Positions 26,667 through 35,185 of a stretch of DNA of 64,000 nucleotides are shown one piece after another (the stretch's first letter is position 1; every line of letters starts with the position of its first letter). A model generated the notes under the pieces. The model did not search any database and was not told the DNA's origin. It saw nothing but the letters and a program-made list of their open reading frames with translations. The position numbers were made by a program, and so were the translations under genes. The stretch is from the sequence record LC597490.1; one strand, written 5' to 3'.

Positions 26667-27767
26667 GTGGCAAAACACATTTCATTAGAAGAACTATTAG
26701 CATCAGACGGAGTACCCAACTTAGAGCCACCAGAAACTGCTCAAGAGGAAGCACCAGAGGATGAACCGACCAATGTATTACAGAGACCATTCTACGTCAA
26801 TAAGATGATGAAAACGATTGAAGAGGTAAAAGAGTACTCTTGGAATCGTGGTGAAATCGGTGGTCTTGACTGGGGCTTCGAATCATTTAACAAAGCATTT
26901 GAAGGATTAAATACAGGCGTTCACTTAATAGCAGGTCAGTCCAATATTGGTAAATCTGGTATGTGTATGCAATTAGCATGGCAGATAGCACAAGCGAATA
27001 AAGTCATTGATGAGAAGCATACGAAAAAAGCATTTGTATTATACTTCTCGTTAGATGATAATAACAATGAATTACTTCCACGTTTAATCGCAATCGACCA
27101 AAGAATTCCAATCAATGCTGTTCGTTTCCCTAAAAAGTATGAGGACAATGAGCATTACATGGAACGTATGGAAATTGGTTATGAAAGATTAATAGAGTCA
27201 ACAGACTTAATTCATATGTTAGATGTTAACGAAGGTTCTAGCATTGAGTATATCGAAGCGACTACTGAAAAGTATTCATTGGAATTAGCACAACAAGATG
27301 AAGACTATCAAATCGTATTATTCATTGATAACTTCCATGATATTACGGTAGAAGATAAGTCAATTGGTAATGATGAAAGTTCGAAATACAATCACATTGC
27401 TGACTTACTAACTCGTATCGCAACGAAGTTTGATTGTCCGATTGTATGTACAGCTGAGTTCCGTAAATTAAATGGTAACAAACGTCCAAAGATAGATGAT
27501 ATTCGTGAGTCAACTAAGATTGGTTATGAAGCGAAAGCGATTCTATTATGTTATAACGAGGTTGGTCTTCGTGGTCAGCAATCTAATATTTATTGGATGC
27601 GTGATGATAAGCCTGATAAGCAACCCGTATATGAAGCTCAAGTTGGTAAGAATAAGTTTGGTTCATTCAAAGGTCGTTTATATTTTGAATTTGTACCAGA
27701 GATGTCTTATTTCCGTGAGGTTCCACCAGAAGGAGCACAACGTTATTCACAAATGGTAAGTGGTTAA
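26667..27767 (+). CDS. DnaB-like replicative helicase (C-terminal ATPase domain)
   Basis: GLDWGF, AGQSNIGKS, LYFSLD, LFIDNF, RPKIDDIRES, GKNKFG. Confidence 0.85.
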   Translation: MAKHISLEELLASDGVPNLEPPETAQEEAPEDEPTNVLQRPFYVNKMMKTIEEVKEYSWNRGEIGGLDWGFESFNKAFEGLNTGVHLIAGQSNIGKSGMCMQLAWQIAQANKVIDEKHTKKAFVLYFSLDDNNNELLPRLIAIDQRIPINAVRFPKKYEDNEHYMERMEIGYERLIESTDLIHMLDVNEGSSIEYIEATTEKYSLELAQQDEDYQIVLFIDNFHDITVEDKSIGNDESSKYNHIADLLTRIATKFDCPIVCTAEFRKLNGNKRPKIDDIRESTKIGYEAKAILLCYNEVGLRGQQSNIYWMRDDKPDKQPVYEAQVGKNKFGSFKGRLYFEFVPEMSYFREVPPEGAQRYSQMVSG

Positions 27768-27804
27768 GGGGGACAACCTCCTTAGCCCATAGGAGGTATA
27801 AGGA

Positions 27805-28587
27805 ATGGAGCAACAAGTAAGGAATTTAATTGGGAAGAAGTTTGGAATGTTAACTGTACAATCGGTTAATCGTATTACAGAGTATGGGGATGCAAGATGG
27901 AATTGTATTTGTGATTGTGGTAAGGAAACAGTGAGAGGTGGACAATACTTAACTGTTGGTAAAAACCTATCTTGTGGATGTACAAACCGAATGAACCGTA
28001 AAGAACCTATGTATAAGAGGGACTTCACAGGTTATCGTTTTGGCAACCTTACTGCAATAAAACAATTGGAACAACTAGAAGGTTCTGATTGGATGTGGGA
28101 ATGTGTATGTGATTGCGGTAATAAGAAAGTAACTAGAATTAGAAGTTTATTAAGTGGTGGAACATCTAGTTGTGGTTGTTTAAGTAGCGCAATTAAAGTA
28201 GATGAAGTTGGAAACGAGTACGGATTACTGGAAGTAATAAAAGATGCTGGTACTTTAAATGCTGGTCATGCTTCATGGTTATGCAGATGTAAGTGTGGGA
28301 AACAAATCATCTTGTCTGGTGCATATCTACGTAGAGGTTATTATGATTCATGTGGATGTACGAAAGATAAAACACATTTAACTGACCATCAAATCTACAG
28401 CTTAGTGGTATATGAATTAACAAAAGAATTCGAGCACTATTCAAAACATGGTGATGTTTCATTATGGAATCATAGCTTTAATGATTTTGCCGATTGGTCA
28501 TTGGAAACAGGTTTCGAATTAGGGAAGAGACTTGTTCCAAAGGATTCAACTGAACCATTATCATTAAACAACTACAAATGGATTTAA
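27805..28587 (+). CDS. protein with three WxCxCxCG zinc modules and degenerate HNH-like C-terminus
   Basis: repeats GKKFGMLTV..WNCICDCG..SCGC; tail SFNDFADWSLETG...NNYKW. Confidence 0.7.
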   Translation: MEQQVRNLIGKKFGMLTVQSVNRITEYGDARWNCICDCGKETVRGGQYLTVGKNLSCGCTNRMNRKEPMYKRDFTGYRFGNLTAIKQLEQLEGSDWMWECVCDCGNKKVTRIRSLLSGGTSSCGCLSSAIKVDEVGNEYGLLEVIKDAGTLNAGHASWLCRCKCGKQIILSGAYLRRGYYDSCGCTKDKTHLTDHQIYSLVVYELTKEFEHYSKHGDVSLWNHSFNDFADWSLETGFELGKRLVPKDSTEPLSLNNYKWI

Positions 28588-28597
28588 AGGAGGAAGC

Positions 28598-28831
28598 ATG
28601 ATGTATAGCCAAAAGGATATAATCAACCTATGCGAAGCTGCATATCAAGCAGGGTATATAGAAGGAGGTCGATACGGAACTTTACCTGTTGCAACAAAAG
28701 AAGCAAAGTATCACACGATTTACTTCCCTATGTATTTAGAATGGGTAAAAGTAAGAAAGGATTTAGCTGAAGACGATAAGGCAAAGACTGATTTCGGTGT
28801 TTATGCTGAACGTGAATTCGCCAACTATTAG
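28598..28831 (+). CDS. hypothetical protein
   Basis: ORF track; RBS AAGGAGG. Confidence 0.7.
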   Translation: MMYSQKDIINLCEAAYQAGYIEGGRYGTLPVATKEAKYHTIYFPMYLEWVKVRKDLAEDDKAKTDFGVYAEREFANY

Positions 28832-28842
28832 GAGGTGTTGAC

Positions 28843-28881
28843 ATGATGGATGGAGATACTATCGGAGGCGAAGAGCAATGA
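28843..28881 (+). CDS. 12-codon mini-ORF
   Basis: MMDGDTIGGEEQ after AGGAGGTG; ATGA overlap with next ORF. Confidence 0.35.
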   Translation: MMDGDTIGGEEQ

Positions 28882-29003
28882 CTGTAGCAAGGACTTATAT
28901 ATGCAAAAATAAATGTGAGCCTGAAGTCATAACTGATGCTATAACATATACACCAATATGTTATCACTGTGGAGAGTATATGGTAGAAGGCTCAGATGCT
29001 TAA
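28878..29003 (+). CDS. 41-aa zinc-finger protein (not in ORF track)
   Basis: MTVARTYICKNKC...PICYHCGEYM; RBS GGAGG. Confidence 0.6.
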   Translation: MTVARTYICKNKCEPEVITDAITYTPICYHCGEYMVEGSDA

Positions 29004-29021
29004 ATTAAGGGGTGAAGAGTA

Positions 29022-29438
29022 ATGTCTATTAAAAAGATATGGAATAAGATTGAACACGTTCCTTATCGAGGTACTGCAAGATTAATAAAGCCAGCCGTGA
29101 GATTCAAGAATTTGCATTCCAGAGAAGCATATTGTAGATATTGTGGTGGAGACATACTTTATAGTTCTTCACCCTATACATCATGGCCTGATACATACGA
29201 GGGAGTTCCTTCTATCGCATCTGGAGTTATTAGATATGCAACACATTGTAAAACCTGTGGGTTATTAAATGAACCATATGATAGGGTTTACTTCGACGCA
29301 TTAGATAGAGAAGATGGTTCTGTTATTGAAGATTTTTCAATGGATGCTGGATACGTTTTTGATAAAGCAAATTATGATGAGTACTTAGAAGAGTATAACA
29401 AAGATGGCTTTATAACATTTATTATTCGTAGACCTTAG
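29022..29438 (+). CDS. zinc-finger hypothetical protein
   Basis: CRYCG...CKTCG; RBS AAGGGG. Confidence 0.7.
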   Translation: MSIKKIWNKIEHVPYRGTARLIKPAVRFKNLHSREAYCRYCGGDILYSSSPYTSWPDTYEGVPSIASGVIRYATHCKTCGLLNEPYDRVYFDALDREDGSVIEDFSMDAGYVFDKANYDEYLEEYNKDGFITFIIRRP

Positions 29439-29454
29439 AGTAGGAGGAAGAACA

Positions 29455-30312
29455 ATGGTTGTGGGGAGAAAGATGAAAGACAGAACTGGAGAAAAGTTTG
29501 GCATGTTAACTGCTATTCGTTATGACGGGAAAGATGACCGTAACAATGTAAAGTGGCATTGTGAATGCGAATGTGGCAAAACCAAAACTGTCTTAGCAAA
29601 AGATTTAGTAAGCGGTCACACTAAAAGTTGTGGATGTATGAAAGGATCAGGCGCTAAGTTAAATAAAGACGGCGTTGGCTTTAGCACCAAAGATTTAAAA
29701 GGTCAACGTTTCGGAAAGCTAACTGTTGTTGAAATGGGAGACAGAACGATTCATGGACATTTAACTTGGAAGTGTAAGTGTGATTGTGGAACAGAAAAGT
29801 ATATTGCAGGTAAGTATCTACGAGGTGGTAATACAAAAAGTTGTGGTTGCCTAGCAAGAGAAATGTCTGCGGTTCGTGTAGCTGCAATAGCAAAGAAAAG
29901 ATTTGAAAAGGCAACTGGTAAGAAACCTGAAGACCACATTGGGGAAGCATTTAATTACTTTGTTGTTAAAGGTGTCAGCACGAAAGACAACAGAACAAGT
30001 TGGTTAGTTGAATGTGGATGTGGAGCTGAACGCAACATTATCTGTCACTCATTAACAAGTGGGAAACGACAGAGTTGTGGTTGTGTTGCCAATGCACATA
30101 ATCTAACTGACCATCAGGTTAGAAAACTAGCAATCAATTATCTTACTGCTAAATGGAAGATGGTTACTGATGCAAAACAAGGTAACGCATGGGATAACTC
30201 ATTCGATATCTTTGCAGACTGGGCTTTTGAAACTGGGTATGAGCTAGGTAAACATTTTATGCTTACGAACATTTATCGTTCTTATTCACCAGAGAATTGT
30301 TATTGGGAGTAA
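29455..30312 (+). CDS. paralog of 27805 gene: three zinc modules and degenerate HNH-like C-terminus
   Basis: GEKFGMLTA..WHCECECG..SCGC x3; tail SFDIFADWAFETG...YSPENCYW. Confidence 0.7.
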   Translation: MVVGRKMKDRTGEKFGMLTAIRYDGKDDRNNVKWHCECECGKTKTVLAKDLVSGHTKSCGCMKGSGAKLNKDGVGFSTKDLKGQRFGKLTVVEMGDRTIHGHLTWKCKCDCGTEKYIAGKYLRGGNTKSCGCLAREMSAVRVAAIAKKRFEKATGKKPEDHIGEAFNYFVVKGVSTKDNRTSWLVECGCGAERNIICHSLTSGKRQSCGCVANAHNLTDHQVRKLAINYLTAKWKMVTDAKQGNAWDNSFDIFADWAFETGYELGKHFMLTNIYRSYSPENCYWE

Positions 30313-30313
30313 C

Positions 30314-30682
30314 TTGAGAGGGGGTGACGATGTGATATCACATGGAAGTCTTCATGCGATTAAACCAAAAGATTCAACAAAAGAAATTGTGAAGCGTATT
30401 CCACTTGAAAAAGCACAAGGATATGGTCAGTACCTTTTAATTGGAAAAGACGAGCACGCTATTACACCTGTAGAAGCAACTACTAAAAGAGTAAAAGAAG
30501 TATTACAACAATGTGCAGATGAATACGGTATTTATATTTCATGTAATTATAATGAACCAGGCGGCTCTGAATGGGGAGAGAGCCGTGAAATATCTATTAC
30601 ATTTGGCAAAGTACCTTTACATGATGGGATTAAGTTGGGGACGAAACTAGGGGGATTTGAAGAGGATGAAGAAAACGCATAA
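30314..30682 (+). CDS. hypothetical protein
   Basis: ORF track; start uncertain. Confidence 0.6.
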   Translation: MRGGDDVISHGSLHAIKPKDSTKEIVKRIPLEKAQGYGQYLLIGKDEHAITPVEATTKRVKEVLQQCADEYGIYISCNYNEPGGSEWGESREISITFGKVPLHDGIKLGTKLGGFEEDEENA

Positions 30683-31025
30683 GCAAATGTTACATCTGAT
30701 TACAGCAGCTGGACTAAGCGTATCCGTTTTATCTGGTTGTTCTGGATATGATGCAGAGCAAGACCAAAAGAAAGATGATATATCACAATGTGATCCAAAA
30801 AAAGATAAGTGTGAAAAACGTGAGCGTTCTGGCGGTGGCTTCTTCTGGGTTCCGATTACTGGTAGTACAACTAGTGGCGGAACATCAGGAGCTACCTCAG
30901 GTTCTACATCTGGTGTAGTAAGCGGGGGAGGAAGTAAAGCTTCTACATCATCAGGAGCTACTTCAGGAAGCACGTCTGCGCCATCAAGCGGTATCGGTAA
31001 CGCAAAGGCTCCAGCAGGTTCTTAA
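30666..31025 (+). CDS. lipoprotein with Gly/Ser/Thr-rich tail (YgiB/YjfM-like context)
   Basis: signal peptide with lipobox LSGC, Cys pair CDPKKDKC, FFW, repeated SGxTSG tail. Confidence 0.75.
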   Translation: MKKTHKQMLHLITAAGLSVSVLSGCSGYDAEQDQKKDDISQCDPKKDKCEKRERSGGGFFWVPITGSTTSGGTSGATSGSTSGVVSGGGSKASTSSGATSGSTSAPSSGIGNAKAPAGS

Positions 31026-31053
31026 TCTGTTGGAGTACATAAGGGGGAGAAAC

Positions 31054-32274
31054 ATGTTCAATCAAGAACAATATATCAAAGAGTTCTATGAAAAGAATGA
31101 TGCGTTAGTGGAGAAGGGTTTTTCATGGGGAACACTTTATGAAAATGAAGAATGGAATCAGTATATGAGTTTAACTCCTATTCCACTTTCGGAGTTGTCT
31201 TATCAAAACATCCTGAAAGCAACAACAGAAATCGGACGAATCATCCAGAAGTATTACTGGCATGTATGGGATACACCAGAGATACTGGGACGACTAAAAC
31301 TCAACCCACACATTCTTGATGCAATTAAAGGCGGTAAAGATAATCTATTTAGTTATCTATGCAGATTTGATTTTATTATTAACGGTGATGATATTAAGTT
31401 AATTGAGATTAATGCAGATACACCAACTGGATTAGTTGAGCCAAGTATTGCGAACCGTTATTTAATAGAAGGAACTGAGTATAAACATCTCAACACACAT
31501 GAAGAATGTTTAACCAATATGTGGTCTCAGTTCATCAAGAGGTATAAGATACCTTCAGATGAATACATTTACTTCACAAGCTATGATTGGCATGATGAAG
31601 ATAGAGAGACAACTGAAATGATTATGGAACAGTGTCTGCATAAGAACAAACAATATGTGGGTGTCCAAGATTTAATGGTAAATGAAAGCGGATTATATGA
31701 TGCTTACGGCAATCCTATTAAATATTTATACCGATTATATCCGCTTGAGTATTTACTAGATGACAAGGACGATGATGGTCGTCCAATTGGTCGATGGTTA
31801 TTGAAACATATTGCAGATGGAAAAGTCATTATGCTGAATCCACCATCTTCTATCATTCCACAACATAAAGGATTCTTAGCTTTATTATGGGATGAATACG
31901 AGAAAGGTAAATTATTTACGGCAGAAGAGAAAGAAATTATCCGTAAGTATTTCTTACCAACTTACTTCACACCAGGGTTATTAAAAGATTATGTAGAGAA
32001 ACCAATCTTTGGTCGTGAAGGTGGCGGCGTTCGTATTGTAACAAAAGAAGTACAGGAAGAAGACAATACAGAATACTACCGCAATCAAGATATGATTTAC
32101 CAACAGTATGTAGATATGCCGAAACAAGTCATTGATACATGGGATGGCCCGTATGAAGGACGACTACTTGTAGGCTCACATCTTATTGGTGGAAAACCAG
32201 CAGGTATATTCTATCGTATTGGAGAACCAATCACAGGTAACTTATCAATGTTCGCACCAGTAGGAATTAAATAG
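31054..32274 (+). CDS. glutathionylspermidine synthase-like ATP-grasp ligase (YgiC/YjfC-like)
   Basis: RFD, EINADTPT, EDRET, LYRLYPLE, NPP, KGFLALLW, KPIFGREG, IYQQY. Confidence 0.88.
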   Translation: MFNQEQYIKEFYEKNDALVEKGFSWGTLYENEEWNQYMSLTPIPLSELSYQNILKATTEIGRIIQKYYWHVWDTPEILGRLKLNPHILDAIKGGKDNLFSYLCRFDFIINGDDIKLIEINADTPTGLVEPSIANRYLIEGTEYKHLNTHEECLTNMWSQFIKRYKIPSDEYIYFTSYDWHDEDRETTEMIMEQCLHKNKQYVGVQDLMVNESGLYDAYGNPIKYLYRLYPLEYLLDDKDDDGRPIGRWLLKHIADGKVIMLNPPSSIIPQHKGFLALLWDEYEKGKLFTAEEKEIIRKYFLPTYFTPGLLKDYVEKPIFGREGGGVRIVTKEVQEEDNTEYYRNQDMIYQQYVDMPKQVIDTWDGPYEGRLLVGSHLIGGKPAGIFYRIGEPITGNLSMFAPVGIK

Positions 32275-32287
32275 GGGGAAGAAAGCC

Positions 32288-33013
32288 ATGGTTATTAACT
32301 TAGAAAAAGCAACGAAGGATGTAAAGATTGTTTTAGAAAAGAAGGAGATTTTCGGAGAGAAAGCGAATATTAAAGTAGTAGTAGACCACTCAGGTTCTAC
32401 TGGAGATTTATTTAGACATGGTGTAGTTCAAGCAACACTAGAGCGTATTCTAGCTGTTGGTCTTAACATGGACTCAAACCAGTCTATCGAAGTGTATGCT
32501 TTCAATGGAAATGTAACATACATCGGAGAAGCAAATGAAAATAATATCGAGAACTTTACGAAAGACGTCTTCCTGAAGAAAGTACGTGTTGAAGGTGGTA
32601 CTCGATATTCACCAGCTATGCAAGCCGTTGTAAAAGATGTAGAGGCGGAACCGAAGCCTCAAGGATTCTTTTCTAAGTTGCTAGGAAAGAAAGAAGCTCC
32701 TGTCATTGATAAGGACTTGCCTACATTCGTTTTCTTTATTACTGATGGTGACAACTCTGATAAGAACATCACAGAGTCTTACATTAAAGAGATTTCAACC
32801 AAACCAATCTTCTGGCAGTTTATCGGAATTGGTTATAGCAGCATGGCATTCCTAGACAAGCTGGATAAGATGGAAGGTCGTACTGTAGACAATGCAAACT
32901 TCATCCGTGCAAAGAATATTCAAGATATGACTAACTCAGAACTATACGAAGAAATTTTAAATGAATATCCATTATGGTTGAAGGAAGCTCGTAAGCTGAA
33001 AATCACAAAATAA
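32288..33013 (+). CDS. vWA domain protein of the TerF-C-terminal type
   Basis: MIDAS DHSGS, GGTRY, FFITDG, PIFWQFIGIG, GRTVDNANF. Confidence 0.85.
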   Translation: MVINLEKATKDVKIVLEKKEIFGEKANIKVVVDHSGSTGDLFRHGVVQATLERILAVGLNMDSNQSIEVYAFNGNVTYIGEANENNIENFTKDVFLKKVRVEGGTRYSPAMQAVVKDVEAEPKPQGFFSKLLGKKEAPVIDKDLPTFVFFITDGDNSDKNITESYIKEISTKPIFWQFIGIGYSSMAFLDKLDKMEGRTVDNANFIRAKNIQDMTNSELYEEILNEYPLWLKEARKLKITK

Positions 33014-33021
33014 TTGGGGGC

Positions 33022-33378
33022 ATGTTCATGTTTAAAAGTTTAGAATGCGTATCCGTACCCGTTACAGATTTAGAGAAAGCTTTTGATTTCTATGTATCAA
33101 TGGGATTAGAAGAGTCATGGCGTATTGAACGAGAAGGTGGAGCAGTTCTTGTTGGATTAAAATTCCCAAATAAGAAAAGCTCTGAACTCGTTTTAAATTA
33201 CAAGGGTGCTGTTCCAGAAATGGAAGTCGAGATTGCTGTTGGTAGTGTCCATCATACAGTGAAGAAACTGAAAAAGAATCCTGATGTAAAAATCATCGTA
33301 GAGCCTTTCGAAACAGAATCAGGCAATGTTGCAGTATTCGAAGCACCAGATGGTAACGTATATGTAATTGTAGATTAA
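33022..33378 (+). CDS. VOC (glyoxalase/bleomycin-resistance) family protein
   Basis: VSVPVTDLEKAFDFY..GL; FEAPDGN. Confidence 0.85.
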   Translation: MFMFKSLECVSVPVTDLEKAFDFYVSMGLEESWRIEREGGAVLVGLKFPNKKSSELVLNYKGAVPEMEVEIAVGSVHHTVKKLKKNPDVKIIVEPFETESGNVAVFEAPDGNVYVIVD

Positions 33379-33397
33379 GTTGCAAGGGGGAGTATAT

Positions 33398-33709
33398 ATG
33401 TCACCACGAGTATATGAAATTAAGCCAGGGGAAAGAATCAAAGCAAAAACGTACGTAGATGTACCAGATAAAGATACGTACAAAAAACGTACAGTCATAG
33501 ATGGAGTAGAGTATCTTGGTGCTTATGAGGTTTTTGAGAGAAGACTTTCAAAATTCATTCATGACTTCGAAAAAGAATTTGGATTAGAAGTTGATGCAAC
33601 TCTAAACCATTCTTATTACTCTAATGTTCATCACCAAAAGATTGTGTTGAACTGTAAAGAGTTGGTGCCAGAAGGTTCATTCGTTGTAATGAAACAAGAA
33701 GAGAAATAA
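33398..33709 (+). CDS. hypothetical protein
   Basis: ATG 33398 after GGGGGAG. Confidence 0.65.
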   Translation: MSPRVYEIKPGERIKAKTYVDVPDKDTYKKRTVIDGVEYLGAYEVFERRLSKFIHDFEKEFGLEVDATLNHSYYSNVHHQKIVLNCKELVPEGSFVVMKQEEK

Positions 33710-33723
33710 GGGGACAAGGGAAT

Positions 33724-34317
33724 ATGGAGAGAACGGTTGATAAAGAAATAAGACCATTCCTCAAAGAGCATCTTCATACTTTGTATGGGGATGTTCCTAT
33801 TTATGAGGAGTTAGCTATTGCATATCATAGTACAGTTGTAGATATGGTGGTATTAGCACAAGGGGAATTGATTGGGCTTGAGATCAAAAGTGGGAAAGAC
33901 AATTTACGCCGACTTCCAACTCAGATTAAAAACTATGATAAAGTGTTTTCACGTAACTACATTGTCGTAGATGACAATCATTTGGAGAAGGTAGAGAGAA
34001 TGGTTCCGCATTACTGGGGTATCATCCTTGCTTATCATGATGGTACAGGTGATGTATTCATTGAACTCTATCGTGATGCAGAAGAGAATCCGAATCAAGA
34101 TGCATACTGGGTTCTTGAGTTATTATGGAGAGAAGAATTAACATATTTGATGAAGAAGCATGAGATATATCGTGGTATGTCAAAAGCTAGAATGGTAGAG
34201 AGGCGTCGTAAATTATTGCTTCATCTATCATTATATGATACTGTACAAGAAGTCATTCATTTATTACCGCAACGAGATGGATGGAAAAGCAACAAAGAGG
34301 AGGAAGTAGAAGTATGA
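33724..34317 (+). CDS. sce7726-like PD-(D/E)XK nuclease-fold protein
   Basis: YEEL, VVDMVV, GLEIKSGKDNLRRLPTQ..NY..VF, WGII, LLWREEL. Confidence 0.75.
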   Translation: MERTVDKEIRPFLKEHLHTLYGDVPIYEELAIAYHSTVVDMVVLAQGELIGLEIKSGKDNLRRLPTQIKNYDKVFSRNYIVVDDNHLEKVERMVPHYWGIILAYHDGTGDVFIELYRDAEENPNQDAYWVLELLWREELTYLMKKHEIYRGMSKARMVERRRKLLLHLSLYDTVQEVIHLLPQRDGWKSNKEEEVEV

Positions 34318-34850
34318 ATACAGAGACAAAGAAATTAGCACGTAAGTTATTAGAGGCAAATGGTGTGAAAGGTTTAGAAGCATTAGCAAAAGAACCAGCC
34401 ATGATGACATGGATTGAAACATCATTAGCTCGTATTGCTGAAGCTCATCAGAACTATACGTATTTTGAAAAGGTTCAGATGACTGCCGAAACATTTGTTA
34501 AGCTCGTAGAAACATTCCATTCAGAGTATATGGAACAAGATGAGTATACAGAAGAGTTTGGAAAAGAGTTCTTCTATTTAATTGGTCACTTATTAAATGA
34601 AGAGATTCCTACTCGTTTAGAATATGTAGATGTTAACGAGTTGACTCCAATGATTAATGATATTTTAGCGGAGCAAACATTCACGACACCAGAAGTAAAA
34701 CGTGTTCCAATTAAGTTAGATGACGAACAAAAACTTCAGTTAGAAGATTTAGAGGCTGCTGGTGTTTTAGACATTATTGCGGAACGCAATGTCTTACGAG
34801 TTCAAGTAAATGCATATGAAAAACGATTAAAAGAATTAGGTGAAATATAA
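34314..34850 (+). CDS. hypothetical protein
   Basis: ATG 34314 after GAGGAGG; ATGA overlap. Confidence 0.7.
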   Translation: MNTETKKLARKLLEANGVKGLEALAKEPAMMTWIETSLARIAEAHQNYTYFEKVQMTAETFVKLVETFHSEYMEQDEYTEEFGKEFFYLIGHLLNEEIPTRLEYVDVNELTPMINDILAEQTFTTPEVKRVPIKLDDEQKLQLEDLEAAGVLDIIAERNVLRVQVNAYEKRLKELGEI

Positions 34851-34874
34851 GAGGGCTTCGGCTCTCTTTTTTTT
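34849..34874 (+). terminator. intrinsic terminator
   Basis: AAGAGGGC-TTCG-GCTCTCTT then T-run. Confidence 0.9.
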
Positions 34875-34913
34875 ATTTGTGATTCATTATGTATGGGGTA
34901 AGTGTGCCGCTAT

Positions 34914-34948
34914 AAAAAGAAAAGACGACCTTAAAGGTCGCCTTTCTT
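34914..34948 (-). terminator. terminator of lysis operon
   Basis: CGACCT/AGGTCG stem around the holin stop, with T-run on minus strand. Confidence 0.65.
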
Positions 34949-35167
34949 CTCTTCAGTTTCTGCTTCAGCAGCAGGGTCTTTGATGCCTGTACCAATAGAT
35001 GGGTTGTTGATAACACCAGCTAATACAAGAACATAAAGAACTTTTTCTACATAGTCATTGTAATGACCTAAGTCAGTTAAATAACCTGCGTCCATAAGTC
35101 CCATTCCAATTAAACCAGCTACAGCTACCCATAGTACATAGTTTTGAAAACGGCTTTGAGTCTTCAT
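34931..35167 (-). CDS. small two-TM holin
   Basis: SRFQNYVLWVAVAGLIG...VLVLAGVINNPS pattern; follows endolysin. Confidence 0.8.
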   Translation of the reverse strand: MKTQSRFQNYVLWVAVAGLIGMGLMDAGYLTDLGHYNDYVEKVLYVLVLAGVINNPSIGTGIKDPAAEAETEEKKGDL

Positions 35168-35185
35168 ACATACACTCCTTTTAAA

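Noticed and set aside
26667-27767. DnaB-like helicase as inactive because of FSLDD and IDNF variants
   Set aside because: Walker A and the arginine-finger region are intact and an acidic residue is retained; there is not enough evidence to call it degenerate.
30860-30990. DNA tandem repeat or contingency locus in the lipoprotein tail
   Set aside because: Repeats are imperfect at DNA level and reflect SGxTSG protein low complexity.
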